From positions 13,101 through 77,100 of the forward strand of contig SIAN01000004.1 of the NCBI GenBank assembly GCA_009691715.1: a stretch of 64,000 nucleotides of DNA. Reading direction: 5' to 3'. The position numbers and the translations under genes were made by a program. The stretch comes from Planctomycetota bacterium (GTDB taxonomy: Bacteria > Planctomycetota > B15-G4 > SIAN01). The notes below the pieces were generated by a model. The model was not told where the DNA came from. It worked only from the letters and a program-made list of their open reading frames with translations, and did no database searches. Of this stretch, positions 1 through 8,656 are shown piece after piece. The stretch's first letter is position 1. The number at the start of each line of letters is the position of its first letter.

Positions 1-48
1 CCACGGCAAGGATTGCGCCCGCGCGCGCAGCACGGTTCGCCGCACCAC

Positions 49-1194
49 TCATGGCGCCCCCCCATCGCCTTCCGCTTCGTTTTCACCGCCCGCTTCGGGT
101 GCGGCGGCGGGCCGGATGCCGCGTTTGGTGAGATGGGCCTGCTCGCGCAAGTGCCAAGCGGGCGGCCACTCCGGCACGACGCTCAACAGTGCATCGCACA
201 GCCGGATCGCGGCGTCGGCATCTCCCAACTTCAATTCGAGCGCTGCGAACTGCAACCGATGCTCGACATCCAGCGGGTTCAGCTCGGCAAGCTCGCGCAG
301 GATCACGCGGCGTTCCTCGTCGTCGGGCGCGCTGGCGCTGGCGACGCTGTCGGTCAGGCGATTCAGCCGCTTCCAGATCTCCAGATGGCGGCGGGCCCCT
401 TCGCGATCACCGGTGCGTTGGCAGCAGACCCGCATCGCGGCGTGCGCGGCCTTGTGGCCCGGCGCGGCATCGATCGCCACGTTGAGGTCGGTGAGCGCCT
501 CTTTGTGCCGATCGGCGTGCATCAACGCCTCGGCCCGCATGACGCGCGCCGCGGCCGATCGCGGCGCGGCGGCGATCGCGCGATCGAGATCGCCGAGCAT
601 GGTCACGGTCGCCGCCGGGTCGCTTGCGCCGCGCTTGATCGCGATATCGGCGCGCAACACCAAGAGCTCGGCGAGCTTCGCTCCCGCGACCGGCGGCGGC
701 GCGCCATCGCACAGCTCGGCGATCAACGGCAACGCCTCGTCGAACTCGACCAGCCGGGCATGGGCCACCGCGAGCGCCGAGATCACGTCCGGACGGCGGC
801 CGAGCACCTTGAGCGCGCGCGTCGCCGCCGACTTGGCGCGTGCGTCGCGCCGGAACGGCCAATCCGGCGACAGGTGCACGTAGGCGAGCGCGAGCCACGC
901 TTCGCCGTCGTCGGGCTGCTTCTTCACCAGTGCCTCGCCGGCCTTCGCGGCATCGATGAAGCGGCGTTGCTCGACCAGGGCGCGCAGCCCGCGGATCGCC
1001 TCGCTCTCCCCTCCAATCGGGCGCACGACTGGAGCGCTGCTCGCTTGCAGCGACGCGCGCGGCGTTGCGCTCGCCGAAGCACGCTGCGCGGCGGCGGCGC
1101 AGAGGCCGGACGAACCGGTCGCGCCGACCAGGAACGCCACGACCGCCGCGCAGAGTGGCACGAGTAAGACGCGCGCGCGTGGACGAGACACCAT
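49..1194 (-). CDS. Secreted TPR-like repeat protein
   Basis: The 381-aa ORF has an N-terminal signal peptide (RVLLVPLCAAVVAFLVGATGSS) followed by repeated Ala/Leu-rich helical TPR-like units. The overlapping + strand ORF 13..1167 is Arg/Gly/Pro-rich junk. Confidence 0.55.
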   Translation of the reverse strand: MVSRPRARVLLVPLCAAVVAFLVGATGSSGLCAAAAQRASASATPRASLQASSAPVVRPIGGESEAIRGLRALVEQRRFIDAAKAGEALVKKQPDDGEAWLALAYVHLSPDWPFRRDARAKSAATRALKVLGRRPDVISALAVAHARLVEFDEALPLIAELCDGAPPPVAGAKLAELLVLRADIAIKRGASDPAATVTMLGDLDRAIAAAPRSAAARVMRAEALMHADRHKEALTDLNVAIDAAPGHKAAHAAMRVCCQRTGDREGARRHLEIWKRLNRLTDSVASASAPDDEERRVILRELAELNPLDVEHRLQFAALELKLGDADAAIRLCDALLSVVPEWPPAWHLREQAHLTKRGIRPAAAPEAGGENEAEGDGGAP

Positions 1195-1352
1195 CGAGAT
1201 TCCCTGAAGAGCGAGGAGACGATAGCCGCCGCGCGCAGCCGCGCCGCGCCCCGACGAACGCGCGCGCCGCGTCGCATGATCGCGGTACCATCGGCCGCCT
1301 GTTCGGCCTCACCCCACGCCGACGTCGACAGCAGGAGCGACGCACTCCACCC

Positions 1353-2633
1353 ATGGCGGCGACGACGCGACGGAAGATCCTTCTCGGCGCGGCTCTCTGG
1401 GTGGCGCTCATCGGTGCCGCCAGCCTTGCCGTGACGCAACTTCCGGCGGCGCAACGGATCAAGCTCGACTTGGTGCGTCTCGAACTGTCGCGCGCGCTGT
1501 TCGGCACGGCGCCCACCTACGACGCCGTTTTCGCCGGCGGCACGCTGATCGAGCGCGGCAATGGCGTGATGGCGCAGGTCGACGGCCGCCTCGAACGGGT
1601 GGGCGAGGTCGTGCGGGTGCGCACCGATCCGACCCGCCGCGCGGTCCGCGCGACCTTCGCACTCGACCGCCACAAGGTCGGTGTCGAAGAGTGGCGGCCG
1701 CGCTCCGGCGCCGTCGCCGTGCGCCGCTCGCAGGGTGCCTCGTTCCTGTTCGCGGTGAAGAAACTGCTCCCCAGCGGCCGCCTCGAGCGCGTGAAGCAGG
1801 AGTGGGCGATCTTCCGAACGCGCCATTCGCGGGAGCTCGCGCTCGAACTTCAACCCGTCGCGACCGAGCTGGCGAAGCAGGCGCTCGGCACCATCCTTGA
1901 CGAGCTGCCCGACGCGCTCGCCCGTCATCGCCGCGAGATCGATCTGCTCGGAACCGCGTTGCAGGGCGAGCTCGCCGGCGAGCCGATGAGCCGTCTGCTG
2001 GCCCAGGAACTCCTGCCCATCGTCGAGCGCCACGCCGCCGCGCCGGCCGAGGCGATCGGCCGCGAGCTGTGGGATCGCGTGCCGCTGATGAGCTTCGCGC
2101 TGCGCGCCGCCGCGGATCGGGTGCTGGAAGAACGGCCGGTGCGAGTCGAGGAGCGCTGGCGCAAGTTCGTCGACGAGGAGGCGCTGCCGGTCCTGCGCGC
2201 CCATCAGGCGGAGATCGAATCGGCGCTCGCGGCCATCGCGCGCGATGCCGCCGGCGATCCGGAACTTCGCGACGGCCTGAAGACGATCGCGGAGCGGGTG
2301 AAGAACGACCCGCTGGTGCAGGAGCTCTCACGCCGCCTGCTGCGCGAGCTCGTGACCGAGAATCCGCGCCTCGAGGCGTGGCTGCGCGAACTGCCTCAGG
2401 ATCCCGCATTGCGCGCGTGCCTCGAGCGGGCGTCGGCACAACTGCAGGAGTTCCTCGATCCGCTCGGCGACCTGCTGTTCCTCGACGCGACTGGACAAGG
2501 CATCAATCCCGACCTCGCGGAGCTGATTCGCCTGCTGCTGCTGCGCCGCGACGCGCAACTGCTCCACGTGGAGGGGAACGACGGCGAGCCGCTCGCGCCG
2601 GGCGGCGAGCTCGAAGGTCGCCATGACGGGTGA
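1353..2633 (+). CDS. Membrane-anchored hypothetical protein, possible ABC-transporter accessory
   Basis: There is an internal ATG at 1353 (MAATTRRKILLGAALWVALIGAAS) with a single N-terminal TM helix, and the ORF upstream of it is Arg-rich junk. The 3' end overlaps the ABC transporter start by 11 nt. Confidence 0.45.
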   Translation: MAATTRRKILLGAALWVALIGAASLAVTQLPAAQRIKLDLVRLELSRALFGTAPTYDAVFAGGTLIERGNGVMAQVDGRLERVGEVVRVRTDPTRRAVRATFALDRHKVGVEEWRPRSGAVAVRRSQGASFLFAVKKLLPSGRLERVKQEWAIFRTRHSRELALELQPVATELAKQALGTILDELPDALARHRREIDLLGTALQGELAGEPMSRLLAQELLPIVERHAAAPAEAIGRELWDRVPLMSFALRAAADRVLEERPVRVEERWRKFVDEEALPVLRAHQAEIESALAAIARDAAGDPELRDGLKTIAERVKNDPLVQELSRRLLRELVTENPRLEAWLRELPQDPALRACLERASAQLQEFLDPLGDLLFLDATGQGINPDLAELIRLLLLRRDAQLLHVEGNDGEPLAPGGELEGRHDG

Positions 2634-4248
2634 ACCGGTCGCAGCAGCGCTGGCGCCACCGGCGATCGAGGCGCGCGCGCTCACCCTCTCGATCGGCACG
2701 CATGTGCTCCTGCACTCCGCGTCGTTCGACGTGCGCCGGGGCGAGCTCGTGCTGCTGTGCGGGCCGTCGGGCGCCGGCAAGACGGTGCTGCTCAAGCTGC
2801 TGGCGGGCGTGCTGCGCGCGGGCACCGGCGCGTTGACTGCGGACGGCGAACTGCGCTTCGAGGCGACCGACCTGCTGGCGCAGCCGCCACCCCCCGGCCG
2901 GGTCGGCGTCCTGTTCCAGAACCACGCGTTGTTCGATGAACTCTCGCCCGAGGAAAACGTGCTCTTCGCGCTGCGCCATCGGGCGCCTCCACGCGCGGGC
3001 GCCGCGGCGGCCGGCACTTCGTCCGCGAGCACGCCGCCAACCGACCGCGAGCGCGCGCACGCGCTCCTCTCTGAGCTCGGCGTCGCGGGCATCGGCAAGC
3101 TGCGCCATCTGAGCGGAGGCCAGCTTCAGCGGGTGGCTCTGGCGCGCACGCTCGCGCTCGATCCCGACCTGCTGCTCTACGACGAGCCAACCACCGGCCT
3201 CGATCCCGCCAACGCGAAGAACGTCGCTGCGATGATTCAGTCCGCGCACGCCGCGCGGCCGCGCACCACCGTGATCGTGACCCACGACCTCGCCGCGTTC
3301 CGCGGCATCGCGCGCGAGGTGCTCTGGCTCGCGCCGGAAGAGCGGGCGCTGCTCCGCCTGCCGCTCGACCGCGCAGTCGAGCGTGCCGAGACCCGGCATC
3401 GGACCGAAAAGCCCGCCGCCGATGAGGCGCTCCCGTTCTGGATCATCCGGTTCCTGGCGAAGAGCGGCGAGGCGCTCGAGGCGTTCGCGACCGCGTTGCT
3501 GCGCCTCCTCCCGACCTGGCCGCGCGCGCGCTACGGGGTGCGCTACCTGCTGCACTACCTGCGCATCGCCGCCTCGCCGGGCGCGTTCCTCTACGTGGGC
3601 GCGGCCGGTCTGCTGCTCGGGTTCGTCGCCACCTACTTCGCGTTCGAGAAGATGCCCAAGCGCGGGTTCATCGAACCGCTCTTCGTCGACGACGTGCTCT
3701 CCGCGCTCGGCTTCATGATGTTCCGCGTGCTCGCGCCACTGCTGGTCACGTTGCTGATCGCCGCGCGCACCGGCGCCGCATTCGCCGCGGACATCGGCGG
3801 CAAGGTCTACGCCCGCCAGTTCGACGCGCTGCGCTCGTTCGGCGTCGACCCGTCGCGCTACCTGCTGACCGCGCTCTCCTGGTCACTGCTGCTGGCGATG
3901 CCGCTCTTGGTCTGGACCATGTGGTGGACAGCCGAGATCTCAAGCCTCGGCGTCTTCCTCTGGAGCCATCCAGAACGCAACGCCTTCTATTGGGAACGCG
4001 CCTTCACCCGCGGACTGGTGAACGAAGACTTCCCGCTGCATTGGGGTTGGGACTGGGTGGTGGCGAAAACCGAGGTCTGCGCGCTCGGGATCGCGGCCGC
4101 CGCGTGGTTCATCGGCTCGCGGGAGAAGCTCGCAGCGGACGACGTGAGCCGTTCGGTCACGCGCACCGTGATCGGCGCGTCGCTGTGGGTCCTCTTCGTC
4201 CACTTCCTGTTCGCGTTCGTCGAGTTCAAGAGCAACAACACGACCTGA
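2623..4248 (+). CDS. Fused ABC transporter ATP-binding protein / MlaE-family permease
   Basis: The N-terminal part has a Walker A motif (GPSGAGKT), the ABC signature LSGGQLQRVALAR and a Walker B motif (LLLYDEPTTGLD). The C-terminal part is a TM domain with clear MlaE/Ttg2B-type motifs (LAPLLVTLLIAARTGAAFAADIGGKVYARQFDALRSFGVDPSRYL). Confidence 0.8.
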   Translation: MTGEPVAAALAPPAIEARALTLSIGTHVLLHSASFDVRRGELVLLCGPSGAGKTVLLKLLAGVLRAGTGALTADGELRFEATDLLAQPPPPGRVGVLFQNHALFDELSPEENVLFALRHRAPPRAGAAAAGTSSASTPPTDRERAHALLSELGVAGIGKLRHLSGGQLQRVALARTLALDPDLLLYDEPTTGLDPANAKNVAAMIQSAHAARPRTTVIVTHDLAAFRGIAREVLWLAPEERALLRLPLDRAVERAETRHRTEKPAADEALPFWIIRFLAKSGEALEAFATALLRLLPTWPRARYGVRYLLHYLRIAASPGAFLYVGAAGLLLGFVATYFAFEKMPKRGFIEPLFVDDVLSALGFMMFRVLAPLLVTLLIAARTGAAFAADIGGKVYARQFDALRSFGVDPSRYLLTALSWSLLLAMPLLVWTMWWTAEISSLGVFLWSHPERNAFYWERAFTRGLVNEDFPLHWGWDWVVAKTEVCALGIAAAAWFIGSREKLAADDVSRSVTRTVIGASLWVLFVHFLFAFVEFKSNNTT

Positions 4249-4284
4249 CGCGGGGCAGCCGGAAGCGGTTCATCCGGACGTAGC

Positions 4285-5466
4285 TCAACGGCCCGCGGCC
4301 CGCGTGCGACCGCGAGCGCGCGCGACGATCCAGTCCCGCATCGCGGGCACCGTCTGGCGCTCGAACTCGGCGGAGAGGCGCAGTTCGAGGAACGTCGCGA
4401 ACAGCCCGTCGACGACATCGCACAACTCGAACAGCCAGCCGGCGCGCTGCTCGTCGCCGGCGCGCAGGTTCTCGTCGGTGATCTCCTCCGCCTCGGCCTC
4501 GATCTTGATCGACTCAAGGTCGAGGGTCGCACCACTCAACGAGACGTTGAAGCTCTTCTCACCGCGGGCGATCACCAGGCGCGCCTTCTGCGGCAGCTTT
4601 CCGGCAAGGAGGGCCGATCCCGCTTCCGCCGCGCGCGTCGGCGTCTCACCGCGCACGGTCACGCGCCCGCCACCCTCGCCGCCGCCGAGCTCGAGCAGCG
4701 AATCGAACGCGACGCCGACTTCGCCGAGGTCTTGCAGCTCGAACTTTCCGCCCGCCGCTTCACACTGGTGCCAGAGCCAGAGCAGGAACTCGGCGCCAAG
4801 GAACGCCGGCGAGTCGGGGACCGCGACCACGCCGCCATCGATGAAGATTGCTGGGCTGACTTCGGCGATCTTTTTCGCAGCCCCTTTCGAGGCGCCCGCC
4901 AGCTGCACGGCCAGCGCCGCGGTCGGCAACGGCTCCGGTGAAGTCCCAAAAGTCTCGTTGAACAACGCACGGAAGGCGACGTTGGCGCCATCGGCGGTGG
5001 TGTTGAGCAGCAGCCGGCCGCGCTCCGGCTCGAAGAACATCGCGTAGAGCGCGGTCGCCGGGACGACGCGGGCCATCAGCTCGCTCTCGAGCTTTTCGAC
5101 GATCTCGCGCCGACGGGCCGGTGCGATCCGCTCGCCCGCCTCGCGCCGCTCGCCCGCCTCCGCCTCCATGCGCCGCACGCGAAGCGCGCCCGCCGGGAGC
5201 TTCTTCTGGTCGATGCGGACCGCCGCGCCGAGGACCTTCCCGAGCCAGTGATCCTCGGCCACGAAGCCGCGCGGCGTGGTGCCATCGGGGCGGCACCAGC
5301 CGACCGAACTCACCTCGCTACCGGCCGCGTCGATCGAGCGGAAGCGGTTCGACTGCAGCCGCTTCTCGAGCGCTTCGCCGTCGTCGCGTAGTCGGCGCGC
5401 ACCGCCTTCGAGCGCCTTCGAGTCGAGCAGGTAGCGGCGGAACGAGCCGGAAGCGCGGACACGCAT
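4285..5466 (-). CDS. RdgC-like recombination-associated protein
   Basis: The reading begins at the internal ATG MRVRASGSFRRY. At about 390 aa, its size and conserved segments (GWCRPDG, acidic C-terminus) resemble the RdgC family. The upstream part of the listed ORF is low complexity. Confidence 0.5.
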   Translation of the reverse strand: MRVRASGSFRRYLLDSKALEGGARRLRDDGEALEKRLQSNRFRSIDAAGSEVSSVGWCRPDGTTPRGFVAEDHWLGKVLGAAVRIDQKKLPAGALRVRRMEAEAGERREAGERIAPARRREIVEKLESELMARVVPATALYAMFFEPERGRLLLNTTADGANVAFRALFNETFGTSPEPLPTAALAVQLAGASKGAAKKIAEVSPAIFIDGGVVAVPDSPAFLGAEFLLWLWHQCEAAGGKFELQDLGEVGVAFDSLLELGGGEGGGRVTVRGETPTRAAEAGSALLAGKLPQKARLVIARGEKSFNVSLSGATLDLESIKIEAEAEEITDENLRAGDEQRAGWLFELCDVVDGLFATFLELRLSAEFERQTVPAMRDWIVARARGRTRAAGR

Positions 5467-5750
5467 GGGGCAGGGTGCCGATGGAGCAGCGGAAGAGCAG
5501 CGCTGCAGTGCGGGCCGAGGCGCGACCGCCATCCGGCGCATCTCGGCCCGCATGCAGCGGCGCGGAGTTGTAGCGAGGACGCGGACGGTGAAAAGAGGGT
5601 CGCGGAATTCGGCCGCAATCGCGCGACGACCGCGAGCGGTTCGATGCGCGCGTTGGTCAACACTTGTCCACAGCTTCGGCAACGCGGCGCGAGGCTCGCG
5701 CGGCGCGCCGCGCTTGCAACGGCGCCGCGCCCTGCTCTAGAAACGGCGCC

Positions 5751-6317
5751 GTGAATCCGTCACCCACGCGCGTGCTCGTGCTGTTCGCCACCGGTTTCGA
5801 GGAGATCGAGACCATCACGATCGTCGACGTGCTGCGGCGCGCCGACCTCGAGGTGGTGACCGCGAGTCCGGGCGGCGGACTCATCACCGGCAGCCACGCG
5901 ATCGCAGTCGAGAGCGAGCGGCGTTTCGCCGAGCTTTCGGCGCGCGACTTCGCAGCGGTGGTGCTGCCGGGAGGGATGCAAAACGCGCGCACGCTGTCGA
6001 CCGATCGCGAGGCACAACGGCTGATCCGCGAGGCGCGTGATCTCGATCGCGTCGTCGGCGCGATCTGCGCTGCACCGATCGCGCTCAAGACCGCGAACGT
6101 AATCCGCGGTGCACGCATCACCAGCCATCCGGGGGTCGCGAGCGAGCTCGCCGGCGAGCGCTACGGCGAAGAGCGCGTCGTGCGCGACGGCAAGCTCATC
6201 ACCAGTCGCGGCCCCGGTACGGCGCTCGAATTCGCGCTGGCACTGGTCGCCGAGCTGTGCGGCCCTGAACACGCCGCCGCGGTCGCCGCGCCGATGGTGC
6301 TACTACCGAGGGCGTGA
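5751..6317 (+). CDS. DJ-1/PfpI (ThiJ) family protein
   Basis: It contains VLVLFATGFEEIE and AICAAPIALK with a nucleophile-elbow cysteine, and has the typical ~190 aa length. A GTG start at 5751 is proposed, but the ATG at 5664 is also possible. Confidence 0.75.
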   Translation: MNPSPTRVLVLFATGFEEIETITIVDVLRRADLEVVTASPGGGLITGSHAIAVESERRFAELSARDFAAVVLPGGMQNARTLSTDREAQRLIREARDLDRVVGAICAAPIALKTANVIRGARITSHPGVASELAGERYGEERVVRDGKLITSRGPGTALEFALALVAELCGPEHAAAVAAPMVLLPRA

Positions 6318-6318
6318 C

Positions 6319-6633
6319 ATGCATGCCGCCGCCCGCTTCGAATGCACGCTCTGCGGCAATCCGCTCGGGGCGCGGCGCGTCCGACAGGGAGTGACCACCC
6401 ATCCCGGTTGCCGTCGCGCCTTGGCCCCCACCGAGGTCGAACGAGCGCTGGCCGTGGCCCAGGCGACGCTCGAACGGCTGAGCGTGCCGGGAGTCGCCGT
6501 CGATGCCGACGCCGAGCTCGGACGCCTGCTGAAGCTGGCGACGCGCCAGGCGGCAGAGCTGATCGGCGACTTGAAGCAGTTGCGCAGCTACGTCGGCGGT
6601 GCGCCCGACCATACTTCCCCGCGACCGCGGTGA
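6319..6633 (+). CDS. Small zinc-ribbon-like hypothetical protein
   Basis: The 104-aa ORF starts with ATG directly after the DJ-1 stop. A CTLCGN...HPGC pattern suggests a zinc ribbon. Confidence 0.3.
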   Translation: MHAAARFECTLCGNPLGARRVRQGVTTHPGCRRALAPTEVERALAVAQATLERLSVPGVAVDADAELGRLLKLATRQAAELIGDLKQLRSYVGGAPDHTSPRPR

Positions 6634-6674
6634 ACTCGACCACGCACTCGGGAATGAGATCGGAGCAGAGCCTC

Positions 6675-7418
6675 ATGATGCGATCGAACCTGCGACTCGA
6701 TGCGGAGCGCGCCACGGCGACGTGTCTCCGCGGAGTCCTCCTGACCGCCGCGCTCGCGCTCGCAGCGTGCGCAGCCGCTGGCGCAGACGCGCTGGTGGAC
6801 GAAGATGCCGAGCAGCCTTCGATCGCGGGCTGCGAGCGCGCGCTCGAAGCGGCGCGCGCCGAGTTCGACAAGTGCGCGGTCGATCTCGTGGCGCAACAGC
6901 GCGCCGCGATCGCCGCTGCCGGCGAGGCGCAGGATGAACTCGCCGACGCGCAGCGCGCCCGGGCTGCGTTCGAGCGATCGCGTCCACTCGCGCAACGCAA
7001 GGCCGCGCTCGAGGTCGACACCGCGCGCACCGCGCTGGCCGAGAACGAGGAGGAGCTGGTTCAGCTCGAATTGATGTACGCCGAGCAGGACCTCGCGGAC
7101 AAGACCCGCGAGCTGGTGCTGGCACGCACGCGGCGACGGCTCGAGCAGAGTCGCGCGGAGCTCGCGCTGGCGATCGACCAGCTGGCACTGCAGGCCGCGG
7201 TCGCGCACCCGGCGGAGCAGGCGACGCTCGACGCCGCCGTCGAAGCGAAACAGCGCGCGGTCGACGGCGCGGCAGCCGGCAGCTTGGCGGCGTCGCGAGG
7301 ACAGCAGATCGCCGAGCTCAAGGCGCGCCACGCCGTCGCGGATGCCGAGGAGGCGCTGGCGAAGGCGCGGGCCGCACTCGAAAAGAGCAGGGAAAGCAGC
7401 CCGGGCGATCGGAAGTGA
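6675..7418 (+). CDS. Coiled-coil lipoprotein
   Basis: The start ATGATG follows a GGAG SD. A lipoprotein signal with lipobox (LALAAC) is followed by a long Ala/Glu/Gln-rich coiled-coil region. Confidence 0.5.
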   Translation: MMRSNLRLDAERATATCLRGVLLTAALALAACAAAGADALVDEDAEQPSIAGCERALEAARAEFDKCAVDLVAQQRAAIAAAGEAQDELADAQRARAAFERSRPLAQRKAALEVDTARTALAENEEELVQLELMYAEQDLADKTRELVLARTRRRLEQSRAELALAIDQLALQAAVAHPAEQATLDAAVEAKQRAVDGAAAGSLAASRGQQIAELKARHAVADAEEALAKARAALEKSRESSPGDRK

Positions 7419-8656
7419 GCGGGATGCGGCCGCTGCGGGCGCCGCGACGGGTCGTGATCGCGGTTGCGGCGATCTGCGCGGTGGTTTTCGGCGCGAGCGC
7501 GAACGCAACGCAGGAGGCGCCCGCCGCTCCAACGAGCCGCGCGGTGCCGCCGCTCGCCATCCGCAGCGCGCCGCCATCGCTCACCGAAATCGATGCCGGA
7601 TTGGCTCGCGCGATCGCGTGGCTGCGCCCCGCGCAGAAGCCGTGCGGAGCGTGGGGCGGCGCCGGCAACACGCTGGCGCATGAGGTCTGGCCGAACGTCG
7701 AAGCGCACCGCTCATGGCAGGTGGCGACCACGGGACTGGTGGTCGAGACGCTGCTGCGGCATGGCGGCGCAGAGGACGCCGAATGCCGGGCGCAGGTGGA
7801 GCGCGCGGTCGACTGGATGGTGGCGAACCACGACTTGCGCCGCTGCGACGACTGGGACATCGACAACGTCTGGGGCTTCGTCTACGGGCTCGAGGCGCTC
7901 GCCGTCGCAAAGGTGCACCCTTGGTTCGCCGACTCGCCGCGCCGTCCCGCGATCGACGCGGCGATCGCCAAGCTGCTCGTGCGGATCGCGGCCTACCAGT
8001 CGCCCAATGGTGGGTTCGGCTACTACGCCAACGCGATTGACGCTTGGCGGCCGCAATGGGCAACCTCGTTCACCACCGCGGCGATGGTGCTGGCGATCGA
8101 GAAGGCGCGCGCGGCAGGCGCCACGTTTCCGCCGGAGCCGCTCGCAGCCATGCGCCGCGCCGTCGCCCGCAGCCGGCTCCCGAGCGGCGCCTTCACCTAC
8201 GACGTGATGGCGCTGCCGGCTCCCGACTCGGTCGACGGGATCAACGATCCGCGCGGTTCGCTCGGCCGGATCGCCGTGTGCGACCTGGCGCTTCTCAACT
8301 CGCGAAGCGCGCCGTCCGCGGCAACGCTCGCGCGCGGCGTCGACCTCTTCTTCCGCCACCACGCGTATCTCGACATCGCGCGGATGCGGCCGATGCCGCA
8401 CGAGGCCTTCCACTTCAACTCCGGCTACTTCTATTGCTTCGGCCACCACTACCTCGGCGAGCTCCTGCCGCAGTTGCCGCCGGCGCTGAAGCGCGATGCC
8501 GCCGGCAAGCTCGCCTTCGAGGTGCTGAAGACGCAGGAGCGCGATGGCGCCTGCTGGGATTACTACTTCGCCGACCACTCCAAGGCCTACGCGACCGCCT
8601 TCTCGGCCATGGCGCTCGGCAGCGCGCGCAGGGCGCTGTCCGTTGCCGGCGACTAG
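7415..8656 (+). CDS. Secreted alpha/alpha-toroid (prenyltransferase/terpene-cyclase-like) repeat protein
   Basis: It has a signal peptide. Repeats such as QSPNGGFGYY and CGAWGG resemble the prenyltransferase/squalene-oxidase repeat. The start overlaps the stop of the upstream lipoprotein gene (GTGA). Confidence 0.5.
   Translation: MSGMRPLRAPRRVVIAVAAICAVVFGASANATQEAPAAPTSRAVPPLAIRSAPPSLTEIDAGLARAIAWLRPAQKPCGAWGGAGNTLAHEVWPNVEAHRSWQVATTGLVVETLLRHGGAEDAECRAQVERAVDWMVANHDLRRCDDWDIDNVWGFVYGLEALAVAKVHPWFADSPRRPAIDAAIAKLLVRIAAYQSPNGGFGYYANAIDAWRPQWATSFTTAAMVLAIEKARAAGATFPPEPLAAMRRAVARSRLPSGAFTYDVMALPAPDSVDGINDPRGSLGRIAVCDLALLNSRSAPSAATLARGVDLFFRHHAYLDIARMRPMPHEAFHFNSGYFYCFGHHYLGELLPQLPPALKRDAAGKLAFEVLKTQERDGACWDYYFADHSKAYATAFSAMALGSARRALSVAGD

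Noticed and set aside
13-1167. 384-aa + strand ORF overlapping the TPR gene
   Set aside because: Its Arg/Gly/Ala/Pro-rich low-complexity product is typical of antisense frames in 70% GC DNA. The opposite strand encodes a coherent signal-peptide plus TPR protein.
924-2204. 426-aa - strand ORF
   Set aside because: Its composition is Arg/Ala-rich and it spans two real genes on the opposite strand. It has no domain signal.
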